DNA of 63,991 bases, filler included, from a bacterium (GCA_040757115.1; 6 parts of 6 records of this genome joined end to end with filler, not necessarily neighbours in it); one strand, 5' to 3'; counted from the whole stretch's first letter, positions 43,776 to 54,613 are shown. Made by a program: numbers and translations. The notes: generated by a model not told the origin, from the sequence alone.

Positions 43776-44087
43776 TCAAAGTGCTTTCTTGGAAGAAATG
43801 AGGAAGTAATAAGTTTCTTCTCCATCTTCACGAACGAATTTACCCTTAGAATAGATTGCCAATCCATCTAAGTTCGTGCTTTGAATGACATAAAGATATT
43901 CTCTGGAGTGTTTACGAAACGGACTCTCTGAGCGAATCGTCTTGTAAATAGCAACAGCATTGAGAATTGACTCAGCCACATCAAGTTCTCTAAAACAATC
44001 TGCCTCCATTTCCAAGCGTGCCTTTTCGCTAAAGGCATATCGCCTCTCAAGAATTGCTCGTTTGATTCGTACTAAAACATTATTCAT
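43776..44087 (-). CDS. Putative DUF4258/RelE-like toxin partner of the YgiT finger
   Basis: 103 aa, YAFSEKARLEM...YYFLISSK; position upstream of YgiT finger. Confidence 0.6.
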   Translation of the reverse strand: MNNVLVRIKRAILERRYAFSEKARLEMEADCFRELDVAESILNAVAIYKTIRSESPFRKHSREYLYVIQSTNLDGLAIYSKGKFVREDGEETYYFLISSKKAL

Positions 44088-44130
44088 TGTTTGTTTTTCT
44101 CTTATTTCACTTTCAATGCAACAGTAAGTA

Positions 44131-44149
44131 GTCTAACCTTAGATTATAC
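44131..44149 (-). other. attI-like simple site heading the array
   Basis: Minus strand GTATAAT-CTAAG-GTTAGAC, between the promoter and the first cassette. Confidence 0.6.
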
Positions 44150-44197
44150 TGCCTATTGGCAGTTTTATATTACTGCATTATAAGTTAGGCTATTTAT

Positions 44198-44226
44198 AGA
44201 ATAGCATAAATAAAATATTCTGTCAA
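44198..44226 (-). promoter_or_regulatory. Pc-like promoter pointing into the cassette array
   Basis: Minus strand TTGACA-17 bp-TATTCT. Confidence 0.65.
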
Positions 44227-44461
44227 GAAAAATTTTAATATCAAAATTAGAAAATACTGAAAAATAACATCCTGGTATTATACTGCCTATTAGCGGTTTT
44301 TATTTTACTGCATTATAAATTTTTTTCTNNNNNNNNNNNNNNNNNNNNNNNNNNNNNNNNNNNNNNNNNNNNTTAATTAATTAANNNNNNNNNNNNNNNN
44401 NNNNNNNNNNNNNNNNNNNNNNNNNNNNAGCAAGGCGTGGCATTCTAAACCTTAGCCGTTT

Positions 44462-45145
44462 TCAAACATCTCCAATTTTTGTCCTCAGATTAAATAAAAC
44501 CCAAAAGTCAACATAAAAAAGTTTTCTGAATTTATATATCTCATAACCGCATTTTTTAAATAATGTTTCGACATCATGTTTCTTAATTCTACCGTCACCT
44601 ATTTCCCAGCAATGGTCAGGGTCAATCCATATCTTTCTTTTTATAAATCTGCGGTAAAATGCACCCGGACTTAAAAATCCTGTTGGTAGAGTAAAAACAT
44701 GCGGTTTATTTGTAGGTGTCATAAATAAAAAATTAGTACGGCGGTGTGGAATTGTAATAATTGCTATCCCTTTATTTTTTAAGTATGAATAAATATTTTT
44801 TAAACTTCTCTCTAAGTCGGAAAATGGCATATGTTCAAGAATATCAGCGGCAATTACGCATTCAAATTTACACTTCAATCTATCTTGGTAAATTCGCACA
44901 TCGTTTACGATGTCAGGCTGAAGATTTTTGTTGACATCCATCACCATATAATTTTTAACAATGGGTTTGAGGCAATTTTTTACCATCCCACTCCCGACTC
45001 CGATTTCCAGAACATTATCTGGTGTAAAGTCAATCACTTCTTTGATGATGTAAAAATACCGAAACCAATCAACAAAATCAAGTTTCTCTAAAAAATGTCG
45101 TTGTTCAACTTCAAATTGCAAATTAAATTTTTTCTCATGTTCCAT
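44462..45145 (-). CDS. Class I SAM-dependent methyltransferase
   Basis: VLEIGVGSG, ILEHMP, DHCWEIG; likely start MEHEKK. Confidence 0.85.
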   Translation of the reverse strand: MEHEKKFNLQFEVEQRHFLEKLDFVDWFRYFYIIKEVIDFTPDNVLEIGVGSGMVKNCLKPIVKNYMVMDVNKNLQPDIVNDVRIYQDRLKCKFECVIAADILEHMPFSDLERSLKNIYSYLKNKGIAIITIPHRRTNFLFMTPTNKPHVFTLPTGFLSPGAFYRRFIKRKIWIDPDHCWEIGDGRIKKHDVETLFKKCGYEIYKFRKLFYVDFWVLFNLRTKIGDV

Positions 45146-45146
45146 A

Positions 45147-45707
45147 TTACTTTTTTGCCACAATCCAGGTAACAATTGGATAGTGTTTCTCATTATAATT
45201 GGCAATTATATTTTTTATACTGAACCGGCTTGCTGGAATATTTATACTTCTAAACCGCTCACCCATAAAACAGATAAGAATTGCCACACGATTTCCCCAA
45301 CCTTCACACTGCATTACTTCTGAAAAATTACGGCAGAGATACTTTAATGCGTCTGGAGAAAAACGATAGAAGTCTTTTGGGGCAACATGTATATAGTTCA
45401 TAAAGCAGGTTGTATGTATCACCATACCATCCTCTTTTAATACTCTGTATGATTCATCTATTGCTTTCTGAGGATTTTCAAGGTGTTCTATTACCTGGTC
45501 ACTTATTACATAATTAAAACTATTTTCAGCAAAAGGCAAATTCTGCATATCTATTTCCGGGTACTCTGTTTCTATAATTTCACTTCTTTCTTTATCGATT
45601 AATGGATAGAAATTAGTTATACTACTTATGCCTAAAATTTTTCCCCTTATCGGTTCTTTAAGACATTCTGATATTCTCTTGTACATTTTATATCGCGTTA
45701 AGCTCAT
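45147..45707 (-). CDS. Methyltransferase type 11-like protein
   Basis: DMQNLPFAENSFNYVISDQVIEH, DFYRFS. Confidence 0.85.
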   Translation of the reverse strand: MSLTRYKMYKRISECLKEPIRGKILGISSITNFYPLIDKERSEIIETEYPEIDMQNLPFAENSFNYVISDQVIEHLENPQKAIDESYRVLKEDGMVIHTTCFMNYIHVAPKDFYRFSPDALKYLCRNFSEVMQCEGWGNRVAILICFMGERFRSINIPASRFSIKNIIANYNEKHYPIVTWIVAKK

Positions 45708-47016
45708 GGTGCTCCTTAGTTATTCTGCTCAAGACAATGGAAAATTTCTTTGCCGCTTCATAATAACTATATTTTTTGACTTCATTTAACCTGCCGTAAT
45801 AAAAAACTTTGCCACTTTGCTTATATTCCTTATAAAAATTTAAAAGAGCATCTGTAATATTCTCAACTGTGGGGGCAAAAACGCCTGTTTTTGTCTTAAG
45901 GAGTATTTTTTCTATCTCATCACCAACAAACCCTCCGCTGGCAAGAATTGGTCTCTGTGCAGACAGATATTCAAAAAACTTTAAGTGAGATAGCCCCTTT
46001 TTCTCCCTGTCTTCCCAGTTAAAAAACAAAAGAACATGAGATTCCTTTTGTCTGGAAAGTACCTCACTCCTAAATACAGTCCCATATTGCGTTACTATAT
46101 CATTAAGTCCATATTTTTCTATGTCGTTTTTTAACCAATTTAAAATCTTTCCATAAAATCTTACTTCTAAATCCTTTCTCTCAATTAATTTTTTATCAAT
46201 TAAATCTCTGAGAGCAATAAAAAATTTTTCAGGGTCCTGCTTATTAGTATAAATAGTACCTGTATAAGTAATTGTAAATTTATCGGTTAATACCACGCCT
46301 GAAACATTCAGATTTTCAGGGTCAAAACCATTGACAATTATTTCTGGTTTTTTTTTAATAAGTGACTCAATACTATTAGCGTATGGAAGCGAAACGGTTA
46401 CCACTGCATCTGCATACCTCATCGTCTTTTTTTCCAATCTTCTATCAATTCTTTTTCTAAAATTTGGAAAAGTATAAACTGGATTTTCAGTCCAGGTATC
46501 ACGAAAGTCTGCAACCCAGGGTAATCCAAATTTTTTCTTTATATTATAAGCAACAATATGGCTTGTGGGAAAGGGAATACTACTCAATATGACATCAAAA
46601 TATTCTTTTCTTAAAACTTTACCTGCTGATTTAAGGGCAGATTTCTTCCATCCCTTTTCAGTATCAGGATAAGCAAAAAAAGTCTGATACCATTTCATTA
46701 TGAAATCAATAAAAGAATCCTTTGAAATTATACCAACAGATTCTTTTATCTGCTCGGTTATACTCTCTTTTATTTCAAAGCCAAGTAACTTAAATATCTT
46801 TCTCCAAAACCAGAAAATATCACCATGATAAGGCACTTCTATAATTCTAGCCCTTTCTAAAAATTGCTTAGGGAAACCGAGTTGACTTTCTGCCTTATCA
46901 TCCAGAGGGGGTGTAACTATTGTTGCCTGCCACCCAAATTCTGGCAAATAAGTTGATATGCCCGGTATTCGTGGAAAAGCATGATATAAATTAGCAATAA
47001 TCAAAACTTTTTTCAT
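45688..47016 (-). CDS. Glycosyltransferase family 4
   Basis: PWVADFRDTW, NGFD, ITYTGTIY, KFFEYL. Confidence 0.88.
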   Translation of the reverse strand: MKKVLIIANLYHAFPRIPGISTYLPEFGWQATIVTPPLDDKAESQLGFPKQFLERARIIEVPYHGDIFWFWRKIFKLLGFEIKESITEQIKESVGIISKDSFIDFIMKWYQTFFAYPDTEKGWKKSALKSAGKVLRKEYFDVILSSIPFPTSHIVAYNIKKKFGLPWVADFRDTWTENPVYTFPNFRKRIDRRLEKKTMRYADAVVTVSLPYANSIESLIKKKPEIIVNGFDPENLNVSGVVLTDKFTITYTGTIYTNKQDPEKFFIALRDLIDKKLIERKDLEVRFYGKILNWLKNDIEKYGLNDIVTQYGTVFRSEVLSRQKESHVLLFFNWEDREKKGLSHLKFFEYLSAQRPILASGGFVGDEIEKILLKTKTGVFAPTVENITDALLNFYKEYKQSGKVFYYGRLNEVKKYSYYEAAKKFSIVLSRITKEHHELNAI

Positions 47017-47684
47017 GGTTTTAATGTTGATTCAATTATATATCCGTATTTTGCCCAATCTCCAGCCCAAATATTTTCTGGAATTTTAGTAAATTTTATT
47101 TTATTTGGGAGAATAAAATCTTTTAATATATTTTTGTAATTATGTGCCCAATGATCATTATAAATTGATGTTTGTGAATTACTATGCCATTCCACAAATA
47201 TCAGTGTTTTTCGCACAACACGAACTAATTGCTTTATTACCTTTTCAATTTTGTCTGGAGCAATATAAATTAAAACTGCATCAGTTAAAGCCAGGTCAAT
47301 GCTTTTATCTGAGAATGAACATAAGTTTTCAGATTTACCTACACCCAGAGAGACAGAATTAATACCTTCTGCCGCAAAGAAGTTACGACCTACTTCCACA
47401 GCATTTTTATTAATGTCAATTCCATAAAGTTTTACCTTTGGAAATCTCTTTGCAATTAGATAAAGGTTAGGACCAGCACCACAGCCGATTTCAATCAACG
47501 ATTCAAATGGAGAATACAAATCTATCCTTTCAATTAAAAATTTGCGATGCGGATGTAATAATGATTCTGAGGAAATACAGGCTTTTGCCCATGTCCTTTT
47601 TCGAGATCGCCAATAAATTTCATCAACTTTTGTTCCAAGAACTTTATCTAATACCTGCTTAACTGTTCTTAATGATTTCTTCAT
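47013..47684 (-). CDS. Class I SAM-dependent methyltransferase
   Basis: IEIGCGAGPNL, YGIDIN, AVLIYI; likely start MKKSLR. Confidence 0.85.
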   Translation of the reverse strand: MKKSLRTVKQVLDKVLGTKVDEIYWRSRKRTWAKACISSESLLHPHRKFLIERIDLYSPFESLIEIGCGAGPNLYLIAKRFPKVKLYGIDINKNAVEVGRNFFAAEGINSVSLGVGKSENLCSFSDKSIDLALTDAVLIYIAPDKIEKVIKQLVRVVRKTLIFVEWHSNSQTSIYNDHWAHNYKNILKDFILPNKIKFTKIPENIWAGDWAKYGYIIESTLKP

Positions 47685-48750
47685 AAATCTTTTCCATCTT
47701 TCCCATTTCTTTGTAGTAATTATTTTTTTCATTGATTATTTCCCTACCATTTTCGCTAATTTTTTTTCTTATTTCATCGTGTTCAAACAAGTAAATTATT
47801 TTTTCAGCCAGTATTTTGGGATTTTTGATAGGAATTACAAACCCATTTTCTCCATCTTTAATCCACTTTCTGTTTTCTCCTGAATCGGTAACAATGACAG
47901 GAAGGTTGGAAGCCATAGCTTCCGCTGTACTGGCGGCAATACCAGCGTCTGAAAGCGATGTGGATACATAAACATCTGTTGAGGATAAATAATTGGGAAG
48001 CTCAAGGTGCGAATATCTGCCCACAAATCTTATGTTGTTTATAACCCTTAATGATTCCGCTAATCTTTTCAGATGTTCTTCCTGCGAACCAATACCAGCA
48101 ATTATAAATTTTGTTTCTGGTATTTTTTCTAAAACCAAAGGAATACTTTTGATTAATGTTTCAATATCATATACAGGTTCAAGATTTCTTAAACTAATAA
48201 CCGTTGGCGAATCGCCAACATCCCATTTTGCCAACAGGTTTTTGTCTTTTAAACTAGGCTTGAACTTATCAGGTTCTACTCCAAAATAAATAAGTTTCAT
48301 TTTTTTACTATCTATTCCTAATTTTGACATCGCGTTTATCATATGGTCAGCGTCACAAGTAATTAAGTCAGATTTTTTTAATACAAATCTTATTATTGGT
48401 CGCTTGATTAAAGACTGACCCCTAATCAAGACATCAGAACCCCAGGTGGTTACAATAAAGGGGTGAAATCCACTCAACACACCAATAAGTCCATAAGTTC
48501 CTGCAGAATGTACATGTAAGAGATTGGGCTTAATTTTTTTTATTAATTGTCTTGCCTTTAAAACTTGAATAAAAACATCAATTGGATTTGTCGATAAAGG
48601 ACCAATATCATAAAATGATATCGTCTCAGAAAAGGGTTCTATCGAAGGCATAAGCGAAATCCAGTAAATCTCATACCCTTTATTAACAAAATATCTTATC
48701 CAACGATGACTATGAACCGAGTTGGCTCCTGCCAGAAAACAAATCTTCAT
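47659..48750 (-). CDS. Glycosyltransferase family 4
   Basis: MKICFLA, TTWGSDV, STSLSDAG...EAMAS. Confidence 0.9.
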   Translation of the reverse strand: MKICFLAGANSVHSHRWIRYFVNKGYEIYWISLMPSIEPFSETISFYDIGPLSTNPIDVFIQVLKARQLIKKIKPNLLHVHSAGTYGLIGVLSGFHPFIVTTWGSDVLIRGQSLIKRPIIRFVLKKSDLITCDADHMINAMSKLGIDSKKMKLIYFGVEPDKFKPSLKDKNLLAKWDVGDSPTVISLRNLEPVYDIETLIKSIPLVLEKIPETKFIIAGIGSQEEHLKRLAESLRVINNIRFVGRYSHLELPNYLSSTDVYVSTSLSDAGIAASTAEAMASNLPVIVTDSGENRKWIKDGENGFVIPIKNPKILAEKIIYLFEHDEIRKKISENGREIINEKNNYYKEMGKMEKIYEEIIKNS

Positions 48751-48922
48751 ATATTTTCCTTTAGTTGAAATCGGCATCTAACTTACCCAATATGTCGGGT
48801 AGGGATTAGGGTCAGNNNNNNNNNNNNNNNNNNNNNNNNNNNNNNNNNNNNNNNNNNNNNNNNNNNNNNNNNNNNNNNNNNNNNNNNNNNNNNNNNNNNN
48901 NNNNNNNNNNNNNNNGGTATTA

Positions 48923-50977
48923 ATGCAAAGATTATTTTATAAATTATGGAAACGGTATAAATACCTTTTAGGAGTGGGTTTATCTCTGGTTGTTTTAGGA
49001 TTTATTCTGTTTACCTCATTGCCTTTTGAAGACATTTTTAATACCTTTGAAAGAAAAACCCTGGATTATCGCTTCAGGCTCTTATCCGACCCGAAAGAGG
49101 CAAGAAGTAATATTGTGATTATTGATATTGATGAGGAAAGTATCAGGCAAATGGAGGATTTGTATGGAAGATGGCCATGGACCAGAGAGGTGCATAGCGG
49201 ATTAATTAAATATTTAAGCCAGGCAAAGGCAGTTGTCTTTGATGTCCTTTTTACAGAAACAAGTAAGTCTATGGTTGAAAAAGAAGATGTAAACCAGGCA
49301 ATTATGGAAATAGACGAGTTAATCCAAACCAATAAAACAGATAGAATAAAGGAGATAATAAATTCATTCTATCAGGACTATGATAGGATATTAGCTGAAA
49401 GCGCCCGAGAAACAGAAAATGTTTATCTTGCCGATATATTTCAATCCAAAGCAGATGAAGGAGAAGTTGATTATGTTTCTTGTGATTGGATAAATAAATT
49501 TGCGGTGCCACTTGAATTTAACCCTGATTTTAAGGCAATTAAAAGATTTGATGGTGTGACACCACCACTACCTTTACTTTGTAAAGCGGTCAAAGGTGTT
49601 GGGCATATAAATATGATTCCTGACGAGGATGGTCCCGTTCGGAGGGCATATACCTTAATTAATTTTAATAAGCGGTTTTATCCATCCCTATCTTTAGCGG
49701 TAACAATGAATTTGCTTGATGTCCAAAAGATTAAACTTGTTCCGGGGGATGGAGTTTATTTAGATAAAAAGGTTAAAATTCCAATCAATGAAGATGGAAC
49801 AATGTTTATAAATTATAAAGGGGGGATAAAAACATATAAATACTATTCATATTATCTTCTTTTTGCCTCTCATTGTTTAATAGAGGAAAGGATGAAGCCA
49901 ATTATCGAGCCAGAGGTTTTTAAGGATAAGATAATTTTAATTGGTTCTACGGCGGCTGGGTTAATGGACCTGCGGGTAACACCATTTTCTTCTATTTATC
50001 CTGGTGTTGAAATTCATGCCAATATTATTGATAATATCTTAAGCCGTTCTTTCTTGCAAGTTCCGTCTTTTGCGGTAAATCTAATTATTATGATTTTTCT
50101 ATCGGCTCTTATCGGTGTGGTCATACCAAAATTAAAACCATTTTGGGGAGCAATTTTTACATTAGAAATACTCATTATTTATTTATTAGGGGCGATATAT
50201 CTATTTAATTTACACCGTATCTGGATAGAGATATTTCGACCTGGTCTAAATATTGTTATGAGCTATTTTATTATTTTAATATCTCAATATATTATTGTGG
50301 AGAATCTACGAAAAAGAATAAAAGAGGCTTTTCAGCACTTTGTCAATGCCACGGTCGTTGAAGAGATTATTAAGGACCCGGAGAAATTAAAACTTTGGGG
50401 AGAAGAAAAGGAATTAACCGTTCTATTTTCAGACATTCGCGATTTTACCAGCTTATCAGAAAGCCTTCCGCCAAAGGATGTCGTCTTTCTCCTGAATGAA
50501 TACCTTCAGCGGATGACAGAAATTGTCTTTAAATATGATGGAACACTCGACAAATATGTTGGAGATGAAATTATGGCTTTTTATGGTGCACCGTTAGAAG
50601 GGCAAATCGACCATGCAGAAAGAGCCTGTCGCACCGCTATAGATATGATGAATGAGCTTCATAAACTTAATGAAGAACGGATTAAAAAAGGCCAGCCTAC
50701 TTTTAATATCGGCATTGGAATTAATACGGGTAAAATGGTTGTTGGGAATATGGGTTCTGAGTTGAAAAAAGATTATACCATTATTGGAGATAATGTTAAT
50801 TTGGGGGCAAGGTTAGAAGGTATAAATAAAAAATTTCACACCAATATTATTATCAGTGAATTCACCTATCAACAGGTAAAAGATAAAGTAAAAGTGAAGG
50901 AGTTAGGGAAAGAAACTGTCAAAGGAAAACAAAATGCCGTCAAGATATATGAATTATTGGCGCTGAAAGAATTGTAA
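48923..50977 (+). CDS. CHASE2 / class III adenylate-guanylate cyclase
   Basis: IVIIDIDEES, GRWPW.R, PGVEIHA, three TMs, LFSDIRDFT, DKYVGD, GDNVNLGARLE. Confidence 0.93.
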   Translation: MQRLFYKLWKRYKYLLGVGLSLVVLGFILFTSLPFEDIFNTFERKTLDYRFRLLSDPKEARSNIVIIDIDEESIRQMEDLYGRWPWTREVHSGLIKYLSQAKAVVFDVLFTETSKSMVEKEDVNQAIMEIDELIQTNKTDRIKEIINSFYQDYDRILAESARETENVYLADIFQSKADEGEVDYVSCDWINKFAVPLEFNPDFKAIKRFDGVTPPLPLLCKAVKGVGHINMIPDEDGPVRRAYTLINFNKRFYPSLSLAVTMNLLDVQKIKLVPGDGVYLDKKVKIPINEDGTMFINYKGGIKTYKYYSYYLLFASHCLIEERMKPIIEPEVFKDKIILIGSTAAGLMDLRVTPFSSIYPGVEIHANIIDNILSRSFLQVPSFAVNLIIMIFLSALIGVVIPKLKPFWGAIFTLEILIIYLLGAIYLFNLHRIWIEIFRPGLNIVMSYFIILISQYIIVENLRKRIKEAFQHFVNATVVEEIIKDPEKLKLWGEEKELTVLFSDIRDFTSLSESLPPKDVVFLLNEYLQRMTEIVFKYDGTLDKYVGDEIMAFYGAPLEGQIDHAERACRTAIDMMNELHKLNEERIKKGQPTFNIGIGINTGKMVVGNMGSELKKDYTIIGDNVNLGARLEGINKKFHTNIIISEFTYQQVKDKVKVKELGKETVKGKQNAVKIYELLALKEL

Positions 50978-51012
50978 ATGTCTCCTCGAATTAATGGATA
51001 TTTTGTTGAGTG

Positions 51013-51136
51013 GTAACTATTCAGCCACAGATGGACACGGATGAAACACTGAAAATTCGTAAATCGTGTCCGTTTTCCATGTCCGTAATTAGGCTGAAGG
51101 GTTTTTCTCCTGTTGTCCTCTGCCTTCTGCCCTCTG
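51013..51136 (+). mobile_element. MITE left part at a contig end
   Basis: GTAACTATTCAGCC end, GGACACGG / CCGTGTCC-like inverted motifs. Confidence 0.55.
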
Positions 51137-51236
51137 NNNNNNNNNNNNNNNNNNNNNNNNNNNNNNNNNNNNNNNNNNNNTTAATTAATTAANNNNNNNN
51201 NNNNNNNNNNNNNNNNNNNNNNNNNNNNNNNNNNNN

Positions 51237-51636
51237 TAATAATCATGAAATCTCTCAGGATGGCGGTAACCCCATCTGGTCACCCAGAGGCGACTTGATT
51301 GCCTTTGTCTGCAAAGGCTGGATATATACCATGAAACCAGATGGAAGCGAGAGGAGGAAGGTGATTGATGGAAATTATATAGGTGATTGGATACCAGATG
51401 GAAAAGCATTTACAGCATCTATATCAGGTGGTACTCATATAGTTGACTTAAATGGGAATGTTGTTAAATATACTGGATTATGTGGACAGTGGTCTCCTGA
51501 TGGTAAAATGATACTTTGTGGATTTGATGTTTATGATTCTATTGATGGTAAAAAGATAGGAGAGCCATTATCAGTAGGAATTCCAAAATCTACAAGCAAA
51601 TATTTCGTCTATAAAAGACCAAATAATATTTGGTAA
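51237..51636 (+). CDS. TolB-like (PD40) beta-propeller protein A, 5' truncated by gap
   Basis: WSPRG, WIPDG, WSPDG repeats; ends YKRPNNIW. Confidence 0.8.
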
Positions 51637-51651
51637 AGGAGGGTAAAAGTC

Positions 51652-52710
51652 ATGAAAAAAATTGCTATTTGTTTGGTAATGTTATGTATATTCAGCAATG
51701 AAGTAAGAGCAGAAGAAATTAATTGGGGGAGTTGCACCACTTATGCACCAATGCCTGTATTGTTCATTCATGGCATTAACGCTAATGCAACCACTTGGGA
51801 TACAGCTACTAAAGAACTGGAGAAATATTTTGGATATAAATGGATGCGGTACGACGGAAAATATATAACTCCTGACCCTCATTTTTACCCTGTTACTTAC
51901 GATGAAAAGAACCCCAACGCCCCGCAGAACAAGGTCGTGAAGCATTATTTAGAGGCGTTTGATTATGGTGGGGAGGATGCGGGTAAGAGTTTTAACCATC
52001 TTGATACATATAGTGATGTTTTAAAAAGACTCATTGAAGGAGATGATAAATCACCTGGTATATTAAAATCTTACTATGGCGATAACTATAATCCTACTAC
52101 TGACAAACTCATTATCGTTGCTCATTCTCAAGGAGGACTAATTGCCAGACATTATATTCAAGAAAAGGATGGCTGGAAACATGTAAAGCGATTGATTACT
52201 ATTGGAACTGCTCATACTGGAAGTTGGCTAGCAGATAAATTGATAAGAAGGACACGCGAGGTGCCTGAATCTGAATTTATATGGATACTTCAAGAAATGG
52301 CTATTCGTGGCCTGGCAAAGATATTAAAGGTAGAGAAGATAGAAGATATAGAAAAAGGTGCAATACAAGACCAACAAACAGAGTTGTATCAGTCTCCCAT
52401 ATCTATACTTGGGCATGCATATAATACTTTCCTTTGGCATCTTAACAATGGTTCAGGATTACGAAATTTACAGGATAATGTGGAAGTTGTATGCATAGTA
52501 GGGAAAATTGGGAAATTATTTTATAAAGATAGTGATGCAATAGTTAGTGGAAATAGTCAAAGAGGAGAAAGTGAAATTCTTCCTGTAAAATACTTTGAGC
52601 CAATCTCTATAATTGATATAAAAGATGGTTTAAAAGGAATGCATACTAATCGCTCCTACGGAGCTGAATTCTTTAAGGATTATCATAGTCTACAAATATA
52701 TCACTCCTAA
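51652..52710 (+). CDS. Secreted alpha/beta hydrolase (lipase/PGAP1-like) A, lacking the C-terminal extension
   Basis: Signal peptide, PVLFIHG, AHSQGG, DSDAIV, KGMH; diverges from copy C at 52638. Confidence 0.8.
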   Translation: MKKIAICLVMLCIFSNEVRAEEINWGSCTTYAPMPVLFIHGINANATTWDTATKELEKYFGYKWMRYDGKYITPDPHFYPVTYDEKNPNAPQNKVVKHYLEAFDYGGEDAGKSFNHLDTYSDVLKRLIEGDDKSPGILKSYYGDNYNPTTDKLIIVAHSQGGLIARHYIQEKDGWKHVKRLITIGTAHTGSWLADKLIRRTREVPESEFIWILQEMAIRGLAKILKVEKIEDIEKGAIQDQQTELYQSPISILGHAYNTFLWHLNNGSGLRNLQDNVEVVCIVGKIGKLFYKDSDAIVSGNSQRGESEILPVKYFEPISIIDIKDGLKGMHTNRSYGAEFFKDYHSLQIYHS

Positions 52711-52810
52711 CGGAGTTTAGAAAATATATTCAGCCCTGTAAGGGCGAGATGTTTATAGCTTTATCGTCTCAACATCAAATTAGCTCCATAGGAGCGATAT
52801 GTTTATTGAG
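52645..52810. repeat. REP-like palindrome cluster ending hydrolase A
   Basis: GCTCCTACGGAGC, CTCCTAACGGAG, GCCCTGTAAGGGC, GCTCCATAGGAGC. Confidence 0.7.
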
Positions 52811-52857
52811 AAAGTTATAAATATTTTCGTGCAAAAGTTTGTTGTCATGAGGTAGGT

Positions 52858-53913
52858 ATGATGATAAGGGTAATAGAAAACTTATGTATTTTAGTTTTGC
52901 TTATTCTTTTAGTAGTAATTATCTTCAAGAAGAAGGCGATAAAAATAATCATTATCAGTGGGATAATCATAGGAGCAATAATAGGTGGTTGTAAATGGTT
53001 AGAATATAAGTTTGGTGCCAGAGAGAGTGATAGGATTTCTTATTGTGCACCGTGTTGGGGACCAAACAACAAGATATTTTTTATTAAACATGTAATGTAT
53101 GGAAATTATTCTCCATTGCTTGGGTCGATAGGATATTACTATAAGAAGAGTGAGATTTATCTTTGTTCTATGAATGCAGATGGGACAGATAAGAAAGAGA
53201 TTGTAATGCTTGAGGATACAAGCAAGAAACCTGATTTTATTCCTGTGCCTGGGGATACAAGCAAAAAAGCTGATTTAATATTTCCTCGCTATCTTGATTA
53301 TTGCTCAAAGAATGGTTTAATTCTCATGTCAGGAGGAGATATTCCCAGTGGTGGCTGGACTAATGGAATATGGATTATTACACCAGATGGAAGTAATCTG
53401 ACAAAGGTATCAAATATAGGGATGCACGCCTCCTGGTCACCCAATGGAAAAAGGATGGTGTATGACGGAGAGAAAGGGATTTGGGTGATGAATATAGATG
53501 GAACTAATAATCATGAAATCTCTCAGGATGGCGGTAACCCCATCTGGTCACCCAGAGGCGACTTGATTGCCTTTGTCTGCAAAGGCTGGATATATACCAT
53601 GAAACCAGATGGAAGCGAGAGGAGGAAGGTGTGTGATAATTATCTAGGCGATTGGTCTCCTGATGGAACAATGCTTATGACAGCGTCACCACGAGGTATT
53701 ATCGACTTAAATGGTAAGAGTGTTAGAGAATTCCCCGTAGAAGAATCTACCAATGGAAAGTGGTCACCTGATGGAAAAATGTTTCTGGGGAAAAGGGACT
53801 TTATTTTATACGATAGTGTGACTGGTAAAAAGATAGGGTATCCATTATCAGTAGGGGTATTAAGATCTGAAGGCAAATATTTCGTCTATAAAAAACCAAA
53901 TAATATTTGGTAA
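52858..53913 (+). CDS. Membrane-anchored TolB-like beta-propeller protein B
   Basis: Two N-terminal hydrophobic segments ending IIGGC; WSPNG/WSPRG/WSPDG repeats. Confidence 0.85.
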   Translation: MMIRVIENLCILVLLILLVVIIFKKKAIKIIIISGIIIGAIIGGCKWLEYKFGARESDRISYCAPCWGPNNKIFFIKHVMYGNYSPLLGSIGYYYKKSEIYLCSMNADGTDKKEIVMLEDTSKKPDFIPVPGDTSKKADLIFPRYLDYCSKNGLILMSGGDIPSGGWTNGIWIITPDGSNLTKVSNIGMHASWSPNGKRMVYDGEKGIWVMNIDGTNNHEISQDGGNPIWSPRGDLIAFVCKGWIYTMKPDGSERRKVCDNYLGDWSPDGTMLMTASPRGIIDLNGKSVREFPVEESTNGKWSPDGKMFLGKRDFILYDSVTGKKIGYPLSVGVLRSEGKYFVYKKPNNIW

Positions 53914-53927
53914 GGAGGGTAAAAGTC

Positions 53928-54530
53928 ATGAAAAAAATTGCTATTTGTGTGGTGATATTGTGTATATTCAGCAATAAAGTAAGAGCAGAAGAAATTAGTT
54001 GGGGGAGTTGCACCACTTATGCACCGATGCCTGTATTATTTATCCATGGCATCAACGCTAATGCAGAAACATGGGATACTGCTACCAAAGAATTGGAGAA
54101 GTATTTTGGGTATAGATGGTTACTGTTTAATCGTTCTGATAAAAAAATAACAGAGGATGAGAAACCAGTTACTGTGGACCGAGATAATCCCAACGCCCCG
54201 CAGAACAAGGTCGTGAAGCATTATTTAGAGGCGTTTGATTATGGTGGGGAGGATGCAGGTAAGAGTTTTAACCATCTTGATACATATAGTGATGTTTTAA
54301 AAAGACTCATTGAAGGAGATGATAAATCACCTGGTATATTAAAATCTTACTATGGCGATAACTATAATCCTACTACTGACAAACTCATTATCGTTGCTCA
54401 TTCTCAAGGAGGACTAATTGCCAGACATTATATTCAAGAAAAGGATGGCTGGAAACATGTAAAGCGATTGATTACTATTGGAACTGCTTTAGGGTCATTG
54501 GATTATAGTTTAGAGGAAATTGTTTTATAG
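53928..54530 (+). pseudogene. Secreted alpha/beta hydrolase B, truncated after LITIGTA
   Basis: Matches copies A and C up to 54488, then unrelated; predicted catalytic Asp/His region lost. Confidence 0.8.
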
Positions 54531-54613
54531 GGTCGGTTTACGAACCAGCGGTTATCAGCTACCAGACAACGCATGCTAAAGCCTGCGGCTACCAACTTAA
54601 GGTGGAAAAGATA

